From the NCBI GenBank assembly GCA_043228905.1, contig JBHGNT010000009.1:15872001-15936000 (forward strand): 64,000 bases of DNA. Direction: 5' to 3'. Below the pieces are notes generated by a model that did no database searches, was not told the DNA's origin, and worked only from the letters and a program-made list of their open reading frames with translations. The stretch's first letter is position 1; each line of letters starts with the position of its first letter. The position numbers were made by a program, and so were the translations under genes. Source of the DNA: Azolla caroliniana (lineage: Eukaryota; Plantae; Polypodiophyta). Below are positions 46,616 to 59,327 of this stretch, one piece after another.

Positions 46616-48904
46616 ATAGTCGGACTTGGTGGCGTAATTGGTGAGTTGTCGCCTACTAGAAGCCGACTCGCGTATCTGCTTACGGCACTATTCTTCGTGG
46701 TGACTGATTTTTCCGCAATATTCGCATTTGACCGTGTTCTGTCAGCTCGAACCGGAATAGAAGCTCCCCCTTCTTCCGAAGGTTCCTTGATGGTTTCCGT
46801 CTTAATGCCGAAATTGCGAGTTGTTTTCGTAAGTCGAGCCTCGTCCGCCTCGTCCTTGGCCGAATCGGCCTCTTCTTGCACGGTCGCGTCCTCTTCCTCC
46901 GTCCAAGTGTGAGTAAAGCATGTGGCCTTCCGAGGCGTTGCTCCTTGTTCGAACATGGTTTTCTTTGACCAACAACATGGATTGAAGATCGAGGAAGGAG
47001 GGCGAATTCTCCCGTGCTAATATTGCGGTCCTCATCGCGTCGAACTGTGGTGCAAGGCCCCTGAGGCATATTTGCACCATCTCATCATCGTCCACATTGA
47101 TGCTTATCGAGCCAAGCGAGTCGCAAAGCTCCTCGATCTTCAAGATGTAGCTCGTGATGGACATATCCCTTTGTTGGATGTTGTTCAACTCTTGGTGGAG
47201 TTGAAGCTTTCTTGTCGTTGTGTTGGCGGTGAAAATCTTTTGTAGATTCTCCCACGCTTCCTTTGGTGTCTCAGCTTCTCGAATGTAGCCGAGTATGTTG
47301 TCATGAACACATGTCGCCAAGCAATACATCACTCGGCCTGCCGCTTGCTCCCATGTTGCGTAGTCGGCGTCTTTCGGGTCGGGTCGGTTTTCTTGTGCTC
47401 CTTTGATGTAGCCCCAATAACCTTGGCCGACAAGGTATTGGTGCATCTTGTACTCCCAAGATGCAAAGTTGTTTCAATCTAGCTTCTCGCTAGGGAGAGC
47501 GCACCCCATCTGAGTATTCATTGTCGATGAAGATTTCTTCCTTCGTTTCTTTTTCTTATCTCTCGAATACGAGCTATGTAGTCACACTATGATAGCGATG
47601 GACCGGTTCCTCTCGAATGTCAGCGTAGAACACAACACACGCGTAATGGCTACATCGAGCTACCAAACCCCTCTGATACCACGTAAAGAATCGGGTATGA
47701 TTCTTGTGTAGCGGAAGAGATATGTGTTATGTGTAGGTGTGAGAGGAAATAGAGAAGAGAAGACACAAGATGGATAGATAGAATTGAAATAGAATACTCA
47801 AGAAGATGAAGAAGATGTATATTCACAAGGAGAATATGAAATACAAAAATGTAGCATTACAAGGAGTCACAACCGACTTAATATGAAGTATGGGGAGGGT
47901 GCTTTATACATAGTAACCCTCTCTCTTCATTAACTAACTACAACAAACACTCTCTCTTGGGGAATATGAAGACTCATAGCCATGAGGAATATGTAACTCA
48001 TTAGTTATGTGTCATAGAATATGATTCTATGACACATAGTTAATGTGTAGAGAGTAGTGGTGTCACTCTTGCCCTTTGAGTAATCATAGATTCTCAAAAG
48101 GTATGTTCACGCGTTGCACTATGTTGAGCTTGATTCTCAACAATATTTATAAAATATCACAGGATTTTTTGGTATTTTTTAAAGTCTACATTTTTTTTAT
48201 GAATTTTTATGTTTTTAATGCATTGTATTTAGTTATTTGTCCTCACGATCACTACAAGCAGAGCTTACAAAGTTGAGAACCCCATCTTTTTTATTGTTCA
48301 TAGGACACAAATATATATCTTAGCATGTCAATACTGTAGATAATGATCCAATGATCTTGTAATATTTGAATCTATATTCAAATTATAGAAACCTCATTTT
48401 TATTCTAGATGTATGATCCCACATGCAAAGCTTTCAATTATCTAGAAGGTAGAGTTCATACTACATTGAGCTCCTATAATGGAGATTATGAAAAAGCAAA
48501 ATTTGTAAGTACATTAGTGTAAGTTATATTATTTCGGCTCCTATTATAGTAAGATTTCCTCCATGAGATACCTTTTCGCTAACATTTTGTAATTTTTGTG
48601 AAAAAATTGGTGAAGTTTATTTTAGGCCTCCAAATTCCAATTAAGTTTTGTATCATTCTTTATTATGGAACCTTTTATTTATTGTATATGTCAAAACTGA
48701 ACCATGAAACCGCGGTTTAATATGTTTAACGGTTTAACCGTTTGGTTCAGCTTTGAATATTGTGTAAACGGTTCGGTTTCAACGGTTTCGGTTTAGAAGG
48801 TTTTGTGGTTCGGTTTAGGTTACAACTTTTTCTTAAGAGTTCGGTTTGAACTGGTTTAGGTTTGAGAATTCTGAACCGAACCATTGCCGATTGTTAAATG
48901 TTGC

Positions 48905-49911
48905 CACTTGCTTGGTCATGCTTTCTCGGGGAGCTTCTTATTTGTCGTTTGTTGGGGCATGATTTTCAGTTTTGACCTAGAGTCACTCCCTTTCGTATTT
49001 GTCCAGATCAATGGCAAGTTGGAGTTGCTCGTCAGTGAATTCCTTGCGTAGGGTTCCGATCCCCGTGGTGTGCATCTGTGCGAGGGCGTGGGCGTGGAAC
49101 TTGTCGGTGAGGTCCTCTCAGAGTAGTTGAATGTTGTTCTCGTCCATTTTATAAAATCCGCAACCCTCCTTTTTGCAGTTTTCAACATCTGCTCAAAGTA
49201 TTTGTAATTCGGCCACTAAACCAATCATTCCATCCCCTACCTAGTGAATCTTGTATGGTCTGGTTCAACCATTGCCAATGTTTTACCAATAAGGCTTTGA
49301 CTCGGGTTTTGCCCATCTCATATTTGGCTCTCAACGCTTGTAATTCGCTTGTGGCGGTTTGGACCTCGAGTTCAAGCTTTGCTTTCGTGATGTTGAACGA
49401 GGAGATGATCCCATCAAGCTTTTTTCAGAATAGCTCTGTATCCTGCGAGTCATATTTGTGAATGAGGCTGGCTTTCTCTTCTTCGACCTCTTGCTTGCAT
49501 TGGTCTAGTTCTTGTTTGGCTAGTTTTTGCTGATGCGGCCTACTCCTCTTTTGCTTGAAGTGTGTGTGTGTATTCATTTGCCTTCTCCTTCAAGGTTGTG
49601 TCGAATTGCGCGAGCAACTCGACTTCTTGATGTTGGAGGTTTGTGCGGAGTTCCTCGATTTCGGCGAGGGTTGCGATGTAATGTTCCTTGGCCTTTGTGG
49701 ACACCATCGTTTGTATTGCTAGGCTTTTTGTGAGGTTGTCAAGAGTGCTGGTGTCAACAACAGTCGATATCGTATGGGCAATGGCCTCTTGTGTGATGGT
49801 TTCAGCTTGTGTGAGGGTGTTCGAGCTCTGGTTGGTATCGGCCGGATCCATGAGGGGGAGAGGAGCGTCTAAGTCGGGGGCATCGGCAGAGATGTGATGA
49901 GGTATAGACAT
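48905..49911 (-). pseudogene. Decayed coiled-coil ORF of unknown, probably TE, origin; continues at ~29880-30049 across the hAT insertion
   Basis: Heptad-like segment EHYIATLAEIEELRTNLQHQEVELLAQF. Similar composition on both sides of the hAT TSD. Stops and frameshifts. Confidence 0.4.
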
Positions 49912-49947
49912 GTAAGAGTGTAACACGCGTCACGTTTTATGCTCGAT

Positions 49948-50743
49948 TATAATGAAAAAGGAACACAAGAAACACACACAATGACACAACAAAGATTACA
50001 CAAGATTTAACGTGGAAAAACCCTCAATGAGGGAAACAACCATGGGACAAAAGTCCAAAACCAATCCACTATCACCAAAGATATACAACACAAGTACAAA
50101 TTCTACTTCTAGATATACTGGAAATAAGTAGAGATATGTAGCATAGTACTACCGACAAAGATGGTACAATAATCCAAAGGGATAAGATTATCTCTCAAGC
50201 ATATACAAGAAAAGAAGAGAGAAGAAAACCCGGATAAGAACGTCCACAAGTCGAAGTAGTAGCTGTGTAGATCTCACGTTGAGTAGTGGAGATGGAAAGG
50301 AGATTGGGTGTAGATGAGTTGAGCACCAAGCTTCACCAAGCTTCTCCAAGCTTCACTATGCTTCTCTATGCTTCACTATACTTCACACTCATCCTTTGTT
50401 CTTGCAAATGGCACACGTACTTGATTAATTTCAAAATGTCTAAAAACCTTTTAGGGAAATAAACCTTTGCCCCAACTATTGTGTGCCCAAGCATGCAAGA
50501 CATCAAGCTCCAAACTTGAATTTTTGTATTTGAAACATATGGGTACAGACACAGTGGGGGAAGATAGAGATTTGCAATGACATCGCACACATGAAAACTG
50601 CTCATAAAGGGTCAATCTTTAAGAGTCTTTAAGGAAATGAGACATTTAACTTCATTGCTTGTTCCACGCTATTTGCTTGGTTAGTCGATTTGCCATCAAT
50701 GTGTAGCTTAATTAAGGCGAACCAATGGTTCATGCCAATAACA
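49948..50743 (-). mobile_element. LTR-like fragment related to the Tork-like copia LTRs
   Basis: ACGTGGAAAAACCCT...AACCATGGG is the reverse complement of the U5 motif at ~5870-5902 and ~62006-62043. Boundaries uncertain and no TSD found. Confidence 0.55.
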
Positions 50744-52332
50744 TGATCACGAATGAAAATAGCTTAGCTATGGCATTTGATGATAGTGATTTTAGATTGA
50801 TTTAAACATCTTGGCAAATGAGCTACTTCGCTATAAATCAGTAGCATCTCAGTAAATGCACATAGACAGGGTAGAATTTGTAACATTTCCCTATAACATC
50901 TTAGTAATCAACTTCACTTTCAAGTTCCTAGGATAGTTCACCAAAGGAAGAATTGTTCACTCATTTCTACCACTGGCACAACTTCCAAATCGTTAATACT
51001 ATTGATAATACACACATGTGTGCATGTGTAATCAAGCATAGCTTTCCATTGGTGATGTGTTATGGGCTGCTTTTATAAGGGTGGCTCGTGCCACCCATGC
51101 ATCTACAAGTTGAGGCCATCTTCATCCAACCCTCAGGCTATGAGTGTTTTAAGATAGTCCTGAAGATTCAATGCACACAAATGCATTTGATATTCCCAAG
51201 ATGTTCCTTCAGTCCATGCTGCTGCCAAATTTGAGCCCCATAATTTGAGAAATCAACCCCAAATGAATTCATTGGGTCCTTCTGATGTGGCCATAACACT
51301 ATCATAGCTCATCTATGATACCAATTTTTACTTCTGATAAAGAGCCTAACAGATTGTCTTCACCATGGACAATTTAATTGAATATGAGCCTAATCTGGTT
51401 TTTCCTTTTGAAATAAAAGAAAATCCTCTGTCCATATATCAAACAAAAACCCAATTCTCATTATCACAAAGGCATAGATTTATCAAACCAATCTGGAGTT
51501 CATTATCATGTGAGCTTAACACATCAAAGAAATGCATCAAAACTGCATCAATATAATAGAGATGTTTCAAGAGTAAGCAAAGGATTTCCAGTGACGAATC
51601 TGTTTCCCATCAAGATGCATGAATATAAACTAAATCAACTACAACGAGTTCAAAAGAGCAAACCATAAAAAATATGGGATGCTAAAGATCAATTAAAGAG
51701 CAGACAAATACATGACATGTTTAAGAAGTAAAGAATACACATTTAACGTTGTAAAAGATCAAGTAAACCCAAGAATATACATGAATGACACAATGAAAGA
51801 TCCAGTATAGACAGGGGGACGAAAGACGAAGTAAATCCAAGAATATACATGAATGACACAATGACAGATCCAGTAAAGAGTATAGATACATGACATGATG
51901 AATGATCAGGATAACAAAGCATGGTAATAATAGTGACACAGCCCCCAAGTGAATGCATGAAAAAAGAGAAGGAAACCAAGTAAACCACCACTCCAGCGTC
52001 TTATACAACCCAAATTCTTATACTACAATTGTATAAAGTTAAGAGCTCCTCGCCATTCAGAGAGCCTGTCAATTTTGATTAGCACACAAACGAGGAAGAA
52101 GCTTTTTATGGAATGTTATCGAAGATACTGTTATATAATCATGTTCCATTGCTGGGACTATACACATGATAAGAAACTCTTAAACAATTGTTGTAAGAAT
52201 GGTTTCCCATGTTCACCTTGGTATTTAAGAAGCTGACCCTTCTGCTAAAAAGCAGTCCATGCTTTCCTACCCCTTTCTTATCTCCTTAAATAAGATTCTC
52301 ATAAAACCGATCGCTTGATTATGTCCCAAATC

Positions 52333-54231
52333 TTACGAACCTGCCAAAAATATGTAGGACAATGAACCAGCTTAAAAAGAGGCACATGATGTGGGGGTTG
52401 GTTTATAAATCAGCTGATTTGCAAGAAAATCGAGAAAATTATGAGAAAACTAGGAAATAAATTCTGGTTAAGTTTCACAAAAACCTACTATATTTCCATA
52501 TTGGAAATCACACATACTATCAATGTTTCCAACTGAAGCTCAAAATCTACATGTAAAGCCTTACATGATTCCAAAAGAGACGCGTTTACAATAATCAACC
52601 AATATAAATTAGTTTCATATAAATGATTGATGTGAACCAATATACCCACAATGATTCAACATTATGTTCAGACAAACATTGAGTTGGTCTTTGTAAGACG
52701 ATGTCAATGCAATACATTAGCCTCTCTGTGGCAAAAAATTTAATAGTATTTTCACAGAGAATGATTCAGTAACAATTACCTTCTGGCTTTGTCTCATCAA
52801 TCAATTCCAGCTCTTCTTCACTATCACTATCATCATCCTCATCATCATCATCATCATCATCATCAGCTCCTAATGAAACTTCAATTATTGTACCTAGCAT
52901 TTCATACATTGATTTTAGCCTTTTCATGTACATATATGGGAATCAGAAAAGTGTGTTGAAACAAAATTTCCTATGAGAAACGGAAAATAATGCAAGTTAC
53001 GCTTTATTAACCTTACTATAAAAAACATCGCTTAATCTTAATTGTTCCTTCAACATTCTTTAGAAAACAATGTTCGCTGGATTACACTATACACTTATCC
53101 TTTTCATGTATTTATCCATCTTATTCAAAACTTGGTCATGAAATGAGTTTGTGTAATCATAAAAATATATATTCCTATTACCATTTTTCTTTCCAAACCT
53201 TCCTGCTTGTTGACTTTGTATAGCCATCAAATATATGTGTAATTATCACTTCGTTCCAAGTGGCAGGTTACTATAATGATCAAACTATTAAGGTTATAAC
53301 CATCTTCCTTCAAAGTTGTCATGTGTTATGATCTTCTTCAAATTTCTTTCATTTGGTGACTTCGTATACTCATTCATCAAAGATATATGTTATGCCCATC
53401 TTCTTCAATAATTCTTGTACATTTGACCTTCTATCCTCACATGCATCTGTACTCTAGTACGTATAAATGTTTTGTATATATTCATGCAGTGACTTTGCAT
53501 AATCATGAAGACACGCATAGAAGACATTCACAAGCATGTATATATACATGCACATATACGTACACCATACATATGCATGACTAAATTACACAAATCATGG
53601 GCTGTTATGTAAACAAGGAAATGGATGCACATATACACACACATATATATACAAATATTTCTTTGTATATATAAATATCAAACAAAAGGAAAATTTGATA
53701 GAGATGATGGTTACCTTTCTCTCCAACAGATTTGATCAGGGAATCCCTGCCTCCTTCCCGGTCTCGTGAAGAAACTGCCATCGAAGAAGACAATAGCCTC
53801 TCTGTCTGTTGGATCAAGCTCCACTCTGCAACTTTCGAGACAGCTCCTATCTTCCCTTTATCTGAACTCCAATTTGAAGTCGCCGAAGAAGAAGATCTGT
53901 ACACATTAGATCTATCTTGCCGAGAAGGTTTCGATACTTTGATCCTTTCGGCGAGGACTTGTAGATCTTTGATGGTATCTTCAGAGGAAGGAATCCAAAA
54001 GGAGGAATTTGGGAGGAACGGAAGGAAGGAAGGTACAGACTTCCTTACCCTATATTCCAAGAAAGCCTCTTCGAGCTTCTTGGCCGCGGATTGCTCGATC
54101 TTTCGACCCAGGAGCTCCTCCCAAAGCGTCTGGGAGTGCGTGCCTCGGATGGTTCTGCTGATATTCCTGAGGAGGGAGGTGGATTGAGTTCGCGTGAGGC
54201 ATCTGCGGGCTTCCATGGCCATCGCCATCAA
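52333..54231 (-). CDS. Host gene: conserved uncharacterised plant protein (RS.P..LPF.P.SS.W.P family), about 212 aa, 3 exons, possible mitochondrial presequence
   Basis: Exons 54231-53715, 52893-52780 and 52340-52333 joined by GT-AG introns, all phase 1, giving an open frame ending ...KPEGS*. Motif KKLEEAFLEYRVRKSVPSFLPFLPNSSFWIP resembles Arabidopsis At1g16840-type proteins (from memory). Arg/Ser/Thr-rich N-terminus. CT and GAG microsatellites upstream. Confidence 0.82.
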
Positions 54232-54240
54232 GTGCTGTGC

Positions 54241-54275
<35 letters not shown>

Positions 54276-55493
54276 ATCGGTTGTGGGTTCGTGGGGACTA
54301 CTCGTTCTCTCATCTTCTCTGTTTTGTTCATTGCGGGGCTATATGAGGCTCTAAGCATTCTTAGCTCTCTATTTCCATTTATTTACAAATCTAGCCTCCT
54401 CCTCCTCCTCCTCCTCCTCCTCCTCCTCCTCCTCTTCAACAAACGAAACCAACCAACCTCTTTGTTTCTTTTACCCTCCTCGCATTACACTTAAAAATAA
54501 AAACTGAGCCTAAACAGAACAAAAAGCCTCTCGCAATCTCAAGGATAATTGTTATCCAAAAAGTATTTGAGTATGTGTGTGTCCGCCTGTCTCTTCCTTG
54601 TTTCCGTAAAGAATGCCCACAATCACACGCCTTTGTTGAGTAATGGTTTTCTCATATCGTCAATATTTGAGCACTAATATCAATGACACGATGCCAATTA
54701 ATAAAGATACAAAATGATAATGATGGGCTAACTACTATGCTACTAATTCAAGTGTGTTGATTAAGTAATGGGCCACTAATTAAGTAAACACCTTAAATAA
54801 GTTTCTCTATCACTAACATGAACACTTGTGGTTATTTCCAACTAAATGTTTGTGGAGTTATGATCCGTGGTTCCAATCTTTGCATATAAGTGGGTTCCCA
54901 CATCCTCGTCCATGCGTTAAATCGTGATGGAGACAATGAGTGGAGCACCTATATTTATGTCCAATGACTATAAAAATTATGTTTTATATCCGTCATTGTT
55001 TCTATGTCCGAAGCAAGCTTGAAAGATGGGCCTATCTTCCCTTTTACTTTATTAGCTTCCTTCGGCTCAGGAGCGCCCTTTTCCATCTCCCTTCTCTTTT
55101 GTTCTCGTGTCTCATGCCTCTTTGTTGGATTAGCCTCCTCGGCTCTCTTCCACTAGTACTCGTGCAAGAATATTGTCGATGCTTGCCATCATCCCTTGCT
55201 CCCACATCATTCGTTCCATCATTGTACACATAAGCCTCATTTGCTCCTCAATTTCTCCTTGTCGCCGCCTTCATGTCGAGTTCACCAAATATGTCGGTGT
55301 TCTTGTGGTTCGTGCAGCGAGGTCACTGAGACTGAGGTTAAAGGGTGTTGTCTAAATTTTAATAAGTCTTGTGCAGTGATATTAGAATTTAGATTAAGGA
55401 TAGGACGAAGAAGAGTTAAGAGTAATGTGTGTGAGAGAGATAAGCACAGATAAGAGACAGAGACAATGTATGATTTAAGAAGCAAGAGTATAT

Positions 55494-56535
55494 TGTGGTG
55501 TGCATGTGTTCCTTTGTGCCACCCTTTTAGCTCACCCTTTTTAGACAAGCCAACCCAAATGGGTTCCGTTGTATCAACTATAAATTGATTAAGAAGTAAG
55601 AAGCTAGGTAGACTGGTTTTGATCTCTTATGTGCATTTCACATATTGGTGGAGAAGCGGGGGACCAGTCCCCCACGTCCAAGCATCCACCTCTTCCCCCT
55701 CACCTTAGGTTGCCCACTAACTTCTTGTCCCACGAGTTTCCCATGATCCCACTCCTACACAATAGCCCTCTTGTCCCCCACCTCAACCAAGTCCAGGTGG
55801 CCCTCAGTCCACAAGAGTGATTGATCTTTCTTTGCCAAATGATCTTTTCCCCAATCCCCCTCTGACACGATAGCCCTCCTGTTCACCACCTCAACCAAGT
55901 CTAGGTGGCCCTCAGTCCACAGGAGCGATTGATCTTCGTCGCCATATGATCTTTCCTCGATCCCCCTCCGACACGATAGCCCTCCTATCCCCCACCTCAG
56001 CAAAGTCCAGGTGGTCCTCAGTCCACAGGAGTAATTGATCTCTATTCGCCGATTGATAGCTCGTTTTCTGTCACTAGCCCCGTCCAACTATCAAGGCCAA
56101 CAGTTCCACGGGGATGTCCTCAACGTCATTGCAACTCAACTACATGTCCGTAGATGTTTACATCCCCACGCCATCTTCACCGAACGCCTCAACAAGACCC
56201 TCAAACACGAGATGGCTGCATAAATCAACCCTTTTCGAGCACTCTATGGGCGTAACCCTCACCTCGCACTAGAATCATCCATGGATTTCCATTTGACAAG
56301 CCACTATTCTTGTTCTTGTTCTTGTTCATGTACCTGTCCTGTTCTTGGTCATGCCCCTCAATCTCTTGTTTCTCGCAGGGGGGAAATGTGGTGTGCATGT
56401 GTTCCTTTGTGCCACCCTTTTAGCTCACCCTTTTTAGCCAAGCCAACTCAAATGGGTTCCGTTGTATCAACTATAAATTGATTAAGAAGTAAGAAGCTAA
56501 GTAGACTGGTTTTGATCTCTTATGTGCATTTCACA
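55494..56535 (+). mobile_element. TRIM (miniature non-autonomous LTR element), gypsy-derived
   Basis: 149-bp LTRs 55494-55642 and 56387-56535 (3 differences). PBS TGGTGGAGAAGCGGGG at 55646-55661, PPT at 56377-56386. ATAT on both flanks. Integrase scraps TERLNKTLK and PFRALYGRNP. Confidence 0.92.
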
Positions 56536-56989
56536 ATATGATATGAACATACTTTATATTAAGAATACAAGATTTTACCAACTTTATAATGCTCAATTGC
56601 AAGATAAAATTTTCCTCTACCAAATTTCAGCTTGAACCCTGGACTTAAGTGTTGAGAGACAATAAACTTCCTAGATGAGCTAGCTTGTTTGTTTGATTAT
56701 TTGATTTTCTAACTTCCCCTCTTTTTATAGGTGCCCCCATGCATATGATGCATGTGAGGGTACAAGACATGCATGAAATTCATGTAACGCATGCGATGCA
56801 TGATAGCCATCTTGCTCATTTGAGCTCTCATATCTGAAAATAGACATTTGATAAGTATAATGATGAAAACATAATTTTGAAAAATAACTTAGCTTAATGG
56901 TATGTACTTTGTACTTGGTTTATAAGGTTGTTGGTTCAAGTCTCTCAAATGTCACTTAATATAATACTTGAGTTTATTTTTATATTGTG

Positions 56990-58278
56990 AAGCAACTCCT
57001 TCATGACACCGGCACCACCCTGACTCTCCTTGTTCGTGGAGGGTGCATTGTTGTCAACACTTCCTCTGTTCCTCTAATTCTGCTCCTATCGGTCGCCTCC
57101 ATTCCATTGTGTGTCACGGGTTCGATTCGTCTCCATGTACAACATCTTGTTGTCAGCGTGCATGATCGTTGACGCACCCATGTGGTTCTCCTCTAGAAAG
57201 ATCATCAACTACAAGTCGAAAAATGATAGAGGCTTCTCCCTCGTGCAGATAGCCGTTCGAATCAGCCTGTATTTTTGTGGTAGACCACCAAGGGATATTT
57301 GTACCATCTTGTCTTCATCCACAGTCACACTGATGGAGCCGATTGCATCACAGATTTCTTTGATCTTTGTAGTGTAATCAATAACCTACATTCTCCTTAC
57401 CGGATGTTGTTGAGCTCTTGTCTGAGCTATATCTTATGGGTTGTGTTGTTGGCGGCAAAGACCCTCTTCAGGTTCCCCCAAGGATCCTTCGACAACTTTG
57501 CATCCCTTATGTACCCAAGCATATGATCGTGAACACACGAAGCAAAGTAGTACAAGACTCGGCTTGTTGCTTGCTCCCAAGCTAGGAAATCTCAGTGTGT
57601 CGGCTCTCGTGGTACTTCGTTTGCTCCTTCCACATAGCTCCAACAACTGTTGTCTCCACGCAAGTACTGATGCATCATGTATGCCCAAGATGCATAGTTG
57701 CTCATGTCGAGTTTTTTTTACGGTAGTGAGCTACCTGTGAATCTTTGTTCGGAGATCAAAAGTTTGTATGTGTTGGAAGCACTTGTCGACAGTAGAGGAT
57801 ATTCAACCCTCGCGTTCTGATATCATGTAAATAATTACGTATGCAAAAGCTTATTAACAAATACAACCAACTCAATCGGATATCAACAACAGTTAGGTAA
57901 ATGTAGAGATAGTAATACATAGTAAGCGGGAGAGGGAGAGACAAAGATAGCAGAACACAAACTGAATTCAAAATAATATCACTCTGTACATACAATGTGC
58001 TCAGTTAGCACTTTTAATACAAGCCTTGACAACGGGCTGACCCAAGTATTGACACACACTTGAATGCTCATAAATGAGTATCTGACACTCACAACCTAAA
58101 ATATTCCTATTGCTAAGAATCGGAATAAAGGCCTGAACAGCCTGTCGGCTTCTTCAGCAGCTCTGGCATTCGGCTTCTCCAACTGATCCTTCCAGCCAAC
58201 TTAGTTGTCGGCTTCTTTAGTTGATCTAGCCTACCAGCCTATAGCCGATTCAGCTCATGTTGATCTTGTATCTCAACA
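56990..58278 (-). mobile_element. Decayed Ty1/copia 5' end: LTR 57826-58278, PBS, gag remnant
   Basis: Decayed PBS at 57814-57825. Gag homologous to 1900-2408. LTR end TGTTGAGATACAAGATCAACA. Confidence 0.82.
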
Positions 58279-59327
58279 CAGAAGTGACTCCTACAAATGT
58301 GCAATAGTACTAAATTGCTTATTGCAAATGGTGTCTCCTTATGGCCCAACACTAATAGTTTTACATGTAGAAAACACAATGGGAATAGTGTAATTGACTA
58401 TGTGCTACTTTTTGAAGGTATTTTGGATCATATACATAAGTTCTCACTTGGTGAATGGACACCGAAATACGATCATAGGGCTTTATGTATTGACCTCAAA
58501 TGTATGCATCAGTTTGATTGTGAGAAGACCATTGAAGATAATAAACAACCCCACTTGAGGATGAACCTTAGGTGAGCGCCCATGTATTCCACGATGGTCG
58601 AGGATATGTTACAAATGACAATCATACAACATGGTGCCACACTAGAATGCAAATGGGAAGCTTTTAAGAAAGTCATTCTCTCATGCACAAATGAATGTTT
58701 TTCAACCAAGCACTCATCTTGCAAATGCATCAAGAAATGTAGTTCAAAGAAAAAATGGTTTGATAACGAATGTCATGAAGCTCGAAAGCGCCTTATGATT
58801 TTTGATGTATTTAAGGATAAGGAAAATTACTAAAAACATTTGCATGAGTACAAAAGGCTTATTCAAAGAAAGAGAAGAATATGGGAAGTTACTCAACAAT
58901 TTCTCCAAACGAAAGAGAAAGCGCATGCATGTGCAAAATTTTGGGGAAATCTAAAGGGGAAATGTGTTGAGAGTTATGGTAACTTAAATCTTCTTGACTT
59001 GTCTATGCATTGCAAGAATCTATATGAGCTATCTCTTGCCGGAAAGATGATGTGTTATGGTTCTCTTTCACATATGTCTCCCTTCTTTACAATTGAAGAT
59101 ATATGCATAAGACATAAGAAATTGGCCTTTCATAAAGCAAGTGATTGAATCAATGTATAAAGCTTGAAATGCTCAACTGGACGAGAAAGGAAGCACATGC
59201 ATGGATAAGCGATATGTTTAATTATGCATTGCAACATGGTATGCCATATGATTGAACTACAAATTGGATCAAACCTTTACATTAAGGTGGAGATGTAAAC
59301 AACTATTCAACCATCATGGTTGGCTCG
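58279..59327 (+). mobile_element. Non-LTR retrotransposon (LINE) ORF2 remnant
   Basis: APE endonuclease end (TC...GNSVIDYVL, YDHRAL), linker WFDNECHEARK, and RT start WIKPLH*GGDVNNYST. Many stops. Confidence 0.8.

Larger units (their letters stand above)
33941..48142 (-). mobile_element. Full-length Ty1/copia nested in the hAT element
   Basis: LTRs 33941-34406 and 47682-48142. TSD ATATT on both sides. PBS at 47670-47681. Gag 46620-47510, PR WFVDSGASNHM, INT, RT LYVDD, RH. Interrupted by gypsy B and the foldback element. Confidence 0.96.
30050..48896 (+). mobile_element. hAT DNA transposon (~4.6 kb without the nested insertions)
   Basis: TIRs TAACAATCGGCAACAGTTCGGTTC and GAACCGAACCATTGCCGATTGTTA. 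8-bp TSD AATGTTAC/AATGTTGC (7/8). Subterminal GGTTY repeats at both ends. Transposase remnants inside. Confidence 0.95.

Noticed and set aside
53605-53714. C-terminal hydrophobic tail of the 208-aa ORF
   Set aside because: Read-through past the GT donor at 53714 into an AT-rich intron.
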